Below, piece after piece: positions 1 to 11,933 of a stretch of DNA of 64,000 nt (position 1 is the first letter of the stretch; each line of letters starts with the position of its first letter). The stretch is from Auanema rhodensis (lineage: Eukaryota > Animalia > Nematoda). The notes beneath the pieces were generated by a model. It worked only from the letters and a program-made list of their open reading frames with translations. It searched no databases and was not told where the DNA came from. Position numbers and translations under genes: made by a program. The stretch lies in the NCBI GenBank assembly GCA_964057225.1, contig OZ059895.1, positions 2,604,001-2,668,000 of the forward strand. Reading direction: 5' to 3'.

Positions 1-96
1 TTTCACCCTGAAGAATTAATTTTTTCGTTGAATAACATTGTCCATCGTCTTTGCCTTGAAAAAAGGAATCTAAAAACATCTACTTTTTGCTAAATT

Positions 97-131
97 ATTT
101 TGAAATTTTTCGAAAAAATTTTTGTCAAAAT
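97..131. repeat. Imperfect palindrome centred on TTTTTCGAAAAA (recurs in nearly all monomers)
   Basis: ATTTTGA (97-103) and TCAAAAT (125-131) flank the perfect 12-bp palindrome TTTTTCGAAAAA (106-117). AAAAACAT (72-79) and ATGTTTTT (130-137) form a further outer pair. Confidence 0.85.
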
Positions 132-144
132 GTTTTTGGAAGCA

Positions 145-172
145 ATGTTGAGTGTACATGGAAACTCAACAT
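145..172. repeat. Inverted repeat, 9-bp stem with 10-nt loop (recurs in most monomers)
   Basis: ATGTTGAGT (145-153) is the exact reverse complement of ACTCAACAT (164-172). Confidence 0.9.
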
Positions 173-240
173 ACACTAATGCATCATTTTTCAAACGATC
201 ATAACTAATTTTTGTATTAAGCGTTTCTCAATGTAGTATA

Positions 241-310
241 GTGCATTCGATGCGGATTTTTAAGCTGCGTCGATTTGTCTTATCAGATTTGCGCTAGCTT
301 AAAAATGCAC
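241..310. repeat. Long interrupted inverted repeat (recurs in most monomers)
   Basis: ATTTTTAAGCT (256-266) is the exact reverse complement of AGCTTAAAAAT (296-306). Looping out 246-256 gives GTGCA+TTTTTAAGCT, a 15-bp match to AGCTTAAAAATGCAC (296-310). Confidence 0.9.
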
Positions 311-323
311 CGAGATATCAACT

Positions 324-345
324 GATATAAGTTCACACTTATATC
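324..345. repeat. Inverted repeat, 9-bp stem with 4-nt loop (recurs in nearly all monomers)
   Basis: GATATAAGT (324-332) is the exact reverse complement of ACTTATATC (337-345), with loop TCAC. It overlaps an alternative ATATCA/TGATAT pair (315-328). Confidence 0.9.
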
Positions 346-3159
346 CTCGATTTTCACCCTGAAGAATTAATTTTTTTGTTGAATAACATTGTCCATCGTC
401 TTCGCCTTGAAAAAAGGAATCTAAAAACATCTACTTTTTGCTAAATTATTTTGAAATTTTTCGAAACAATTTTTGTCAAAATGTTTTTGGAAGCAATGTT
501 GAGTGTACATGGAAACTCAACATACACTAATGCATCATTTTTCAAACGATCATAACTAATTTTTGTATCAAGCGTTACTCAATGTAGTATAGTGCATTCG
601 ATGCGGATTTTTAAGCTGCGTCGATTTGTGTTATCAGATTTGCGCTAGCATGAAAATGCACCGAGATATCAACTGATATAAGTTCACACTTATATCCTCG
701 ATTTTCACCCTGAAGAATTAATTTTTTCGTTGAATAACATTGTCCATCGTCTTCGCCTTGAAAAAAGGAATCTAAAAACATCTACTTTTTGCTAAATTAT
801 TTTGAAATTTTTCGAAAAAATTTTTGTCAAAATGTTTTTGGAAGCAATGTTGAGTGTACATGGAAACTCAACATACACTAATGCATCATTTTTCAAACGA
901 TCATAACTAATTTTTGTATCAAGCGTTATTCAATGTAGTATAGTGCATTCGATGCGGATTTTTAAGCTGCGTCGATTTGTGTTATCAGATTTGCGCTAGC
1001 TTGAAAATGCACCGAGATATCAACTGATATAAGTTCACACTTATATCCTCGATTTTCACCCTGAAGAATTAATTTTTTCGTTGAATAACATTGTCCATCG
1101 TCTTCGCCTTGAAAAAAGGAATCTAAAAACATCTACTTTTTGCTAAATTATTTTGAAATTTTTCGAAAAAATTTTTGTCAAAACGTTTTTGGAAGCAATG
1201 TTGAGTGTACATGGAAACTCAACATACACTAATGCATCATTTTTCAAACGATCATAACTAATTTTTGTATTAAGCGTTTCTCAATGTAGTATAGTGCATT
1301 CGATGCGGATTTTTAAGCTGCGTCGATTTGTGTTATCAGATTTGCGCTAGCTTAAAAATGCACCGAGATATCAACTGATATAAGTTCACACTTATATCCT
1401 CGATTTTCACCCTGAAGAATTAATTTTTTCGTTGAATAACATTGTCCATCGTCTTCGCCTTGAAAAAAGGAATCTAAAAACATCTACTTTTTGCTAAATT
1501 ATTTTGAAATTTTTCGAAAAAATTTTTGTCAAAATGTTTTTGGAAGCAATGTTGAGTGTACATGGAAACTCAACATACACTAATGCATCATTTTTCAAAC
1601 GATCATAACTAATTTTTGTATTAAGCGTTTCTCAATGTAGTATAGTGCATTCGATGCGGATTTTTAAGCTGCGTCGATTTGTGTTATCAGATTTGCGCTA
1701 GCATGAAAATGCACCGAGATATCAACTGATATAAGTTCACACTTATATCCTCGATTTTCACCCTGAAGAATTAATTTTTTCGTTGAATAACATTGTCCAT
1801 CGTCTTCGCCTTGAAAAAAGGAATCTAAAAACATCTACTTTTTGCTAAATTATTTTGAAATTTTTCGAAAAAATTTTTGTCAAAATGTTTTTGGAAGCAA
1901 TGTTGAGTGTACATGGAAACTCAACATACACTAATGCATCATTTTTCAAACGATCATAACTAATTTTTGTATCAAGCGTTATTCAATGTAGTATAGTGCA
2001 TTCGATGCGGATTTTTAAGCTGCGTCGATTTGTGTTATCAGATTTGCGCTAGCTTGAAAATGCACCGAGATATCAACTGATATAAGTTCACACTTATATC
2101 CTCGATTTTCACCCTGAAGAATTAATTTTTTCGTTGAATAACATTGTCCATCGTCTTCGCCTTGAAAAAAGGAATCTAAAAACATCTACTTTTTGCTAAA
2201 TTATTTTGAAATTTTTCGAAAAAATTTTTGTCAAAATGTTTTTGGAAGCAATGTTGAGTGTACATGGAAACTCAACATACACTAATGCATCATTTTTCAA
2301 ACGATCATAACTAATTTTTGTATTAAGCGTTTCTCAATGTAGTATAGTGCATTCGATGCGGATTTTTAAGCTGCGTCGATTTGTGTTATCAGATTTGCGC
2401 TAGCTTAAAAATGCACCGAGATATCAACTGATATAAGTTCACACTTATATCCTCGATTTTCACCCTGAAGAATTAATTCTTTCGTTGAATAACATTGTCC
2501 ATCGTCTTCGCCTTGAAAAAAGGAATCTAAAAACATCTATTTTTTGCTAAATTATTTTGAAATTTTTCGAAAAAATTTTTGTCAAAATGTTTTTGGAAGC
2601 AATGTTGAGTGTACATGGAAACTCAACATACACTAATGCATCATTTTTCAAACGATCATAACTAATTTTTGTATTAAGCGTTTCTCAATGTAGTATAGTG
2701 CATTCGATGCGGATTTTTAAGCTGCGTCGATTTGTGTTATCAGATTTGCGCTAGCTTAAAAATGCACCGAGATATCAACTGATATAAGTTCACACTTATA
2801 TCCTCGATTTTCACCCTGAAGAATTAATTTTTTCGTTGAATAACATTGTCCATCGTCTTTGCCTTGAAAAAAGGAATCTAAAAACATATACTTTTTGCTA
2901 AATTATTTTGAAATTTTTCGAAAAAATTTTTGTCAAAATGTTTTTGGAAGCAATGTTGAGTGTACATGGAAACTCAACATACACTAATGCATCATTTTTC
3001 AAACGATCATAACTAATTTTTGTATTAAGCGTTTCTCAATGTAGTATAGTGCATTCGATGCGGATTTTTAAGCTGCGTCGATTTGTCTTATCAGATTTGC
3101 GCTAGCTTAAAAATGCACCGAGATATCAACTGATATAAGTTCACACTTATATCCTCGAT

Positions 3160-6100
3160 TTTCACCCTGAAGAATTAATTTTTTTGTTGAATAACATTGT
3201 CCATCGTCTTCGCCTTGAAAAAAGGAATCTAAAAACATCTACTTTTTGCTAAATTATTTTGAAATTTTTCGAAACAATTTTTGTCAAAATGTTTTTGGAA
3301 GCAATGTTGAGTGTACATGGAAACTCAACATACACTAATGCATCATTTTTCAAACGATCATAACTAATTTTTGTATCAAGCGTTACTCAATGTAGTATAG
3401 TGCATTCGATGCGGATTTTTAAGCTGCGTCGATTTGTGTTATCAGATTTGCGCTAGCATGAAAATGCACCGAGATATCAACTGATATAAGTTCACACTTA
3501 TATCCTCGATTTTCACCCTGAAGAATTAATTTTTTCGTTGAATAACATTGTCCATCGTCTTCGCCTTGAAAAAAGGAATCTAAAAACATCTACTTTTTGC
3601 TAAATTATTTTGAAATTTTTCGAAAAAATTTTTGTCAAAATGTTTTTGGAAGCAATGTTGAGTGTACATGGAAACTCAACGTACACTTATGCATCATTTT
3701 TCGAACAATCATAACTAATTTTTGTATTAAGCGTTGCTCAATGTAGTATAGTGCATTCGATGCGGATTTTTAAGCTGGGTCGATCTGTGTTATCAGATTT
3801 GCGCTAGCTTAAAAATGCACCGAGATATCAACTGATATAAGTTCACACTTATATCCTCGATTTTCACCCTGAAGAATTAATTTTTTCGTTGAATAACATT
3901 GTCCATCGTCTTCGCCTTGAAAAAAAGAATCTAAAAACATCTACTTTTTGCTAAATTATTTTGAAATTTTTCGAAAAAATTTTTGTCAAAATGTTTTTGG
4001 AAGCAATGTTGAGTGTACATGGAAACTCAACATACACTAATGCATCATTTTTCAAACGATCATAACTAATTTTTGTATTAAGCGTTTTTCAATGTAGTAT
4101 AGTGCATTCGATGCGGATTTTTAAGCTGCGTCGATTTGTGTTATCAGATTTGCGCTAGCTTAAAAATGCACCGAGATATCAACTGATATAAGTTCACACT
4201 TATATCCTCGATTTTCACCCTGAAGAATTAATTTTTTTGTTGAATAACATTGTCCATCGTCTTCGCCTTGAAAAAAGGAATCTAAAAACATCTACTTTTT
4301 GCTAAATTATTTTGAAATTTTTCGAAACAATTTTTGTCAAAATGTTTTTGGAAGCAATGTTGAGTGTACATGGAAACTCAACATACACTAATGCATCATT
4401 TTTCAAACGATCATAACTAATTTTTGTATCAAGCGTTACTCAATGTAGTATAGTGCATTCGATGCGGATTCTTAAGCTGCGTCGATTTGTGTTATCAGAT
4501 TTGCGCTAGCTTGAAAATGCACCGAGATATCAACTGATATAAGTTCACACTTATATCCTCGATTTTCACCCTGAAGAATTAATTTTTTCGTTGAATAACA
4601 TTGTCCATCGTCTTCGCCTTGAAAAAAGGAATCTAAAAACATCTACTTTTTGCTAAATTATTTTGAAATTTTTCGAAAAAATTTTTGTCAAAATGTTTTT
4701 GGAAGCAATGTTGAGTGTACATGGAAACTCAACGTACACTTATGCATCATTTTTCGAACAATCATAACTAATTTTTGTATTAAGCGTTGCTCAATGTAGT
4801 ATAGTGCATTCGATGCGGATTTTTAAGCTGGGTCGATCTGTGTTATCAGATTTGCGCTAGCTTAAAAATGCACCGAGATATCAACTGATATAAGTTCACA
4901 CTTATATCCTCGATTTTCACCCTGAAGAATTATTTTTTCGTTGAATAACATTGTCCATCGTCTTTGCCTTGAAAAAAGGAATCTAAAAACATCTACTTTT
5001 TGCTAAATTATTTTGAAATTTTTCGAAAAAATTTTTGTCAAAATGTTTTTGGAAGCAATGTTGAGTGTACATGGAAACTCAACATACACTAATGCATCAT
5101 TTTTCAAACGATCATAACTAATTTTTGTATTAAGCGTTTCTCAATGTAGTATAGTGCATTCGATGCGGATTTTTAAGCTGCGTCGATTTGTCTTATCAGA
5201 TTTGCGCTAGCTTAAAAATGCACCGAGATATCAACTGATATAAGTTCACACTTATATCCTCGATTTTCACCCTGAAGAATTAATTTTTTTGTTGAATAAC
5301 ATTGTCCATCGTCTTCGCCTTGAAAAAAGAAATCTAAAAACATCTACTTTTTGCTAAATTATTTTGAAATTTTTCGAAACAATTTTTGTCAAAATGTTTT
5401 TGGAAGCAATGTTGAGTGTACATGGAAACTCAACATACACTAATGCATCATTTTTCAAACGATCATAACTAATTTTTGTATCAAGCGTTATTCAATGTAG
5501 TATAGTGCATTCGATGCGGATTTTTAAGCTGCGTCGATTTGTGTTATCAGATTTGCGCTAGCTTGAAAATGCACCGAGATATCAACTGATATAAGTTCAC
5601 ACTTATATCCTCGATTTTCACCCTGAAGAATTAATTTTTTCGTTGAATAACATTGTCCATCGTCTTCGCCTTGAAAAAAGGAATCTAGAAACATCTACTT
5701 TTTGCTAAATTATTTTGAAATTTTTCGAAAAAATTTTTGTCAAAATGTTTTTGGAAGCAATGTTGAGTGTACATGGAAACTCAACATACACTTATGCATC
5801 ATTTTTCGAACAATCATAACTAATTTTTGTATTAAGCGTTGCTCAATGTAGTATAGTGCATTCGATGCGGATTTTTAAGCTGGGTCGATCTGTGTTATCA
5901 GATTTGCGCTAGCTTAAAAATGCACCGAGATACCAACTGATATAAGTTCACACTTATATCCTCGATTTTCACCCTGAAGAATCAATTTTTTCGTTGAATA
6001 ACATTGTCCATCGTCTTCGCCTTGAAAAAAGGAATCTAAAAACATTTACTTTTTGCTAAATTATTTTGAAATTTTTCGAAAAAATTTTTGTCAAAATGTT

Positions 6101-9100
6101 TTTGGAAGCAATGTTGAGTGTACATGGAAACTCAACATACACTTATGCATCATTTTTCGAACAATCATAACTAATTTTTGTATTAAGCGTTTCTCAATGT
6201 AGTATAGTGCATTCGATGCGGATGTTTAAGCTGCGTCGATTTGTGTTATCAGATTTGCGCTAGCTTAAAAATGCACCGAGATATCAACTGATATAAGTTC
6301 ACACTTATATCCTCGATTTTCACCCTGAAGAATCAATTTTTTCGTTGAATAACATTGTCCATCGTCTTCGCCTTGAAAAAAGGAATCTAAAAACATCTAC
6401 TTTTTGCTAAATTATTTTGAAATTTTTCGAAAAAATTTTTGTCAAAATGTTTTTGGAAGCAATGTTGAGTGTACATGGAAACTCAACATACACTTATGCA
6501 TCATTTTTCAAACAATCATAACTAATTTTTGTATTGAGCGTTTCTCAATGTAGTATAGTGCATTCGATGCGGATTTTTAAGCTGGGTCGATCTGTGTTAT
6601 CAGATTTGCGCTAGCTTAAAAATGCACCGAGATATCAACTGATATAAGTTCACACTTATATCCTCGATTTTCACCCTGAAGAATTAATTTTTTCGTTGAA
6701 TAACATTGTCCATCGTTTTCGCCTTGAAAAAAGGAATCTAAAAACATCTACTTTTTGCTAAATTATTTTGAAATTTTTCGAAAAAATTTTTGTCAAAATG
6801 TTTTTGGAAGCAATGTTGAGTGCACATGGAAACTCAACATACACTTATGCATCATTTTTCAAACAATCATAACTAATTTTTGTATTAAGCATTTCTCAAT
6901 GTAGTATAGTGCATTCGATGCGGATTTTTAAGCTGGGTCGATCTGTGTTATCAGATTTGCGCTAGCTTAAAAATGCACCGAGATATCAACTGATATAAGT
7001 TCACACTTATATCCTCGATTTTCACCCTGAAGAATCAATTTTTTCGTTGAATAACATTGTCCATCGTCTTCGCCTTGAAAAAAGGAATCTAAAAACATCT
7101 ACTTTTTGCTAAATTATTTTGAAATTTTTCGAAAAAATTTTTGTCAAAATGTTTTTGGAAGCAATGTTGAGTGTACATGGAAACTCAACATACACTTATG
7201 CATCATTTTTCGAACAATCATAACTAATTTTTGTATTAAGCGTTTCTCAATGTAGTATAGTGCATCCGATGCGGATTTTTAAGCTGCGTCGATCTGTGTT
7301 ATCAGATTTGCGCTAGCTTAAAAATGCACCGAGATATCAACTGATATAAGTTCACACTTATATCCTCGATTTTCACCCTGAAGAATTAATTTTTTCGTTG
7401 AATAACATTGTCCATCGTCTTCGCCTTGAAAAAAGGAATCTAAAAACATCTACTTTTTGCTAAATTATTTTGAAATTTTTCGAAAAAATTTTTGTCAAAA
7501 TGTTTTTGGAAGCAATGTTGAGTGTACATGGAAACTCAACATACACTTATGCATCATTTTTCAAACAATCATAACTAATTTTTGTATTAAGCGTTTTTCA
7601 ATGTAGTATAGTGCATTCGATGCGGATTTTTAAGCTGGGTCGATCTGTGTTATCAGATTTGCGCTAGCTTAAAAATGCACCGAGATATCAACTGATATAA
7701 GTTCACACTTATATCCTCGATTTTCACCCTGAAGAATTAATTTTTTTGTTGAATAACATTGTCCATCGTCTTCGCCTTGAAAAAAGGAATCTAAAAACAT
7801 CTACTTTTTGCTAAATTATTTTGAAATTTTTCGAAACAATTTTTGTCAAAATGTTTTTGGAAGCAATGTTGAGTGTACATGGAAACTCAACATACACTAA
7901 TGCATCATTTTTCAAACGATCATAACTAATTTTTGTATCAAGCGTTACTCAATGTAGTATAGTGCATTCGATGCGGATTTTTAAGCTGCGTCGATTTGTG
8001 TTATCAGATTTGCGCTAGCATGAAAATGCACCGAGATATCAACTGATATAAGTTCACACTTATATCCTCGATTTTCACCCTGAAGAATTAATTTTTTCGT
8101 TGAATAACATTGTCCATCGTCTTCGCCTTGAAAAAAGGAATCTAAAAACATCTACTTTTTGCTAAATTATTTTGAAATTTTTCGAAAAAATTTTTGTCAA
8201 AATGTTTTTGGAAGCAATGTTGAGTGTACATGGAAACTCAACGTACACTTATGCATCATTTTTCGAACAATCATAACTAATTTTTGTATTAAGCGTTGCT
8301 CAATGTAGTATAGTGCATTCGATGCGGATTTTTAAGCTGGGTCGATCTGTGTTATCAGATTTGCGCTAGCTTAAAAATGCACCGAGATATCAACTGATAT
8401 AAGTTCACACTTATATCCTCGATTTTCACCCTGAAGAATTAATTTTTTCGTTGAATAACATTGTCCATCGTCTTCGCCTTGAAAAAAAGAATCTAAAAAC
8501 ATCTACTTTTTGCTAAATTATTTTGAAATTTTTCGAAAAAATTTTTGTCAAAATGTTTTTGGAAGCAATGTTAAGTGTACATGGAAACTCAACATACACT
8601 AATGCATCATTTTTCAAACGATCATAACTAATTTTTGTATTAAGCGTTTCTCAATGTAGTATAGTGCATTCGATGCGGATTTTTAAGCTGCGTCGATTTG
8701 TGTTATCAGATTTGCGCTAGCTTAAAAATGCACCGAGATATCAACTGATATAAGTTCAAACTTATATCCTCGATTTTCACCCTGAAGAATTAATTTTTTC
8801 GTTGAATAACATTGTCCATCCTCTTTGCCTTGAAAAAAGGAATCTAAAAACATCTACTTTTTGCTAAATTATTTTGAAATTTTTCGAAAAAATTTTTGTC
8901 AAAATGTTTTTGGAAGCAATGTTGAGTGTACATGGAAACTCAACATACACTAATGCATCATTTTTCAAACGATCATAACTAATTTTTGTATTAAGCGTTT
9001 CTCAATGTAGTATAGTGCATTCGATGCGGATTTTTAAGCTGCGTCGATTTGTCTTATCAGATTTGCGCTAGCTTAAAAATGCACCGAGATATCAACTGAT

Positions 9101-11933
9101 ATAAGTTCACACTTATATCCTCGATTTTCACCCTGAAGAATTAATTTTTTTGTTGAATAACATTGTCCATCGTCTTCGCCTTGAAAAAAGGAATCTAAAA
9201 ACATCTACTTTTTGCTAAATTATTTTGAAATTTTTCGAAACAATTTTTGTCAAAATGTTTTTGGAAGCAATGTTGAGTGTACATGGAAACTCAACATACA
9301 CTAATGCATCATTTTTCAAACGATCATAACTAATTTTTGTATCAAGCGTTACTCAATGTAGTATAGTGCATTCGATGCGGATTTTTAAGCTGCGTCGATT
9401 TGTGTTATCAGATTTGCGCTAGCTTGAAAATGCACCGAGATATCAACTGATATAAGTTCACACTTATATCCTCGATTTTCACCCTGAAGAATTAATTTTT
9501 TCGTTGAATAACATTGTCCATCGTCTTCGCCTTGAAAAAAGGAATCTAAAAACATCTATTTTTTGCTAAATTATTTTGAAATTTTTCGAAAAAATTTTTG
9601 TCAAAATGTTTTTGGAAGCAATGTTGAGTGTACATGGAAACTCAACGTACACTTATGCATCATTTTTCGAACAATCATAACTAATTTTTGTATTAAGCGT
9701 TGCTCAATGTAGTATAGTGCATTCGATGCGGATTTTTAAGCTGGGTCGATCTGTGTTATCAGATTTGCGCTAGCTTAAAAATGCACCGAGATATCAACTG
9801 ATATAAGTTCACACTTATATCCTCGATTTTCACCCTGAAGAATTAATTTTTTCGTTGAATAACATTGTCCATCGTCTTTGCCTTGAAAAAAGGAATCTAA
9901 AAACATCTACTTTTTGCTAAATTATTTTGAAATTTTTCGAAAAAATTTTTGTCAAAATGTTTTTGGAAGCAATGTTGAGTGTACATGGAAACTCAACATA
10001 CACTAATGCATCATTTTTCAAACGATCATAACTAATTTTTGTATTAAGCGTTTCTCAATGTAGTATAGTGCATTCGATGCGGATTTTTAAGCTGCGTCGA
10101 TTTGTCTTATCAGATTTGCGCTAGCTTAAAAATGCACCGAGATATCAACTGATATAAGTTCACACTTATATCCTCGATTTTCACCCTGAAGAATCAATTT
10201 TTTCGTTGAATAACATTGTCCATCGTCTTCGCCTTGAAAAAAGGAATCTAAAAACATTTACTTTTTGCTAAATTATTTTGAAATTTTTCGAAAAAATTTT
10301 TGTCAAAATGTTTTTGGAAGCAATGTTGAGTGTACATGGAAACTCAACATACACTTATGCATCATTTTTCGAACAATCATAACTAATTTTTGTATTAAGC
10401 GTTTCTCAATGTAGTATAGTGCATTCGATGCGGATGTTTAAGCTGCGTCGATTTGTGTTATCAGATTTGCGCTAGCTTAAAAATGCACCGAGATATCAAC
10501 TGATATAAGTTCACACTTATATCCTCGATTTTCACCCTGAAGAATCAATTTTTTCGTTGAATAACATTGTCCATCGTCTTCGCCTTGAAAAAAGGAATCT
10601 AAAAACATCTACTTTTTGCTAAATTATTTTGAAATTTTTCGAAAAAATTTTTGTCAAAATGTTTTTGGAAGCAATGTTGAGTGTACATGGAAACTCAACA
10701 TACACTTATGCATCATTTTTCAAACAATCATAACTAATTTTTGTATTAAGCGTTTCTCAATGTAGTATAGTGCATTCGATGCGGATTTTTAAGCTGGGTC
10801 GATCTGTGTTATCAGATTTGCGCTAGCTTAAAAATGCACCGAGATATCAACTGATATAAGTTCACACTTATATCCTCGATTTTCACCCTGAAGAATTAAT
10901 TTTTTCGTTGAATAACATTGTCCATCGTTTTCGCCTTGAAAAAAGGAATCTAAAAACATCTACTTTTTGCTAAATTATTTTGAAATTTTTCGAAAAAATT
11001 TTTGTCAAAATGTTTTTGGAAGCAATGTTGAGTGCACATGGAAACTCAACATACACTTATGCATCATTTTTCAAACAATCATAACTAATTTTTGTATTAA
11101 GCATTTCTCAATGTAGTATAGTGCATTCGATGCGGATTTTTAAGCTGGGTCGATCTGTGTTATCAGATTTGCGCTAGCTTAAAAATGCACCGAGATATCA
11201 ACTGATATAAGTTCACACTTATATCCTCGATTTTCACCCTGAAGAATCAATTTTTTCGTTGAATAACATTGTCCATCGTCTTCGCCTTGAAAAAAGGAAT
11301 CTAACAACATCTACTTTTTGCTAAATTATTTTGAAATTTTTCGAAAAAATTTTTGTCAAAATGTTTTTGGAAGCAATGTTGAGTGTACATGGAAACTCAA
11401 CATACACTTATGCATCATTTTTCGAACAATCATAACTAATTTTTGTATTAAGCGTTTCTCAATGTAGTATAGTGCATCCGATGCGGATTTTTAAGCTGCG
11501 TCGATCTGTGTTATCAGATTTGCGCTAGCTTAAAAATGCACCGAGATATCAACTGATATAAGTTCACACTTATATCCTCGATTTTCACCCTGAAGAATTA
11601 ATTTTTTCGTTGAATAACATTGTCCATCGTCTTCGCCTTGAAAAAAGGAATCTAAAAACATCTACTTTTTGCTAAATTATTTTGAAATTTTTCGAAAAAA
11701 TTTTTGTCAAAATGTTTTTGGAAGCAATGTTGAGTGTACATGGAAACTCAACATACACTTATGCATCATTTTTCAAACAATCATAACTAATTTTTGTATT
11801 AAGCGTTTTTCAATGTAGTATAGTGCATTCGATGCGGATTTTTAAGCTGGGTCGATCTGTGTTATCAGATTTGCGCTAGCTTAAAAATGCACCGAGATAT
11901 CAACTGATATAAGTTCACACTTATATCCTCGAT
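3160..11933. repeat. Older, remodelled tandem duplication (13-monomer copy 3160-7721; 12-monomer copy 7722-11933)
   Basis: Both copies start with the same CGAAACAAT/ATCAAGCGTTAC/TAGCATGAAA monomer. Both end with the same five-monomer block (5967-7721 and 10179-11933, offset 4212; markers CATTTAC, GATGTTT, GTGCACATGG, CATCCG, GTTTTTCA). Confidence 0.7.

Larger units (their letters stand above)
1..351. repeat. Representative satellite monomer (phase set arbitrarily by the window start)
   Basis: Direct reading: about 31% GC, many A/T homopolymer tracts of 4-6 nt, 12 CpG dinucleotides and several dyad symmetries. Confidence 0.98.

Noticed and set aside
59-137. Helically phased A-tracts implying intrinsic curvature
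   Set aside because: Tracts are abundant, but their spacing is irregular (about 6-14 bp) and their orientation is mixed. Phasing cannot be supported without a curvature calculation.
1-225. Possible ancestral dimer structure (TTTTCA...TAATTTTT at about 351/1-25 versus about 188-213)
   Set aside because: The similarity is limited to short A/T tracts and does not extend by eye. It needs a statistical self-alignment.
256-300. Helitron 3' end (hairpin plus CTAG at 294-297)
   Set aside because: The CTAG sits inside the stem rather than about 10 nt downstream of a GC-rich hairpin, and it is not followed by T. No element boundary is visible.
1-351. Tandem RNA gene (5S rRNA, tRNA, snRNA or spliced-leader RNA); AATTTTTG at offsets 117-124 and 207-214 resembles an Sm site
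   Set aside because: I see no recognisable 5S, tRNA, U-snRNA or SL sequence and no Pol III boxes. AATTTTTG is expected in T-tract-rich DNA and is followed by T rather than a purine. An Rfam/Infernal scan would settle it.
1-351. Assignment to a named satellite of similar length (e.g. Drosophila 359-bp, beetle or cucurbit 350-360-bp families) or presence of a CENP-B box
   Set aside because: Only the length is similar. I cannot recognise sequence identity, and I saw no canonical TTCG....A..CGGG motif.
4915-5264. Singleton 1-bp deletions (near 4933 and near 41145) as biological events
   Set aside because: They are single occurrences in or beside short A/T runs and cannot be distinguished from consensus errors without reads.
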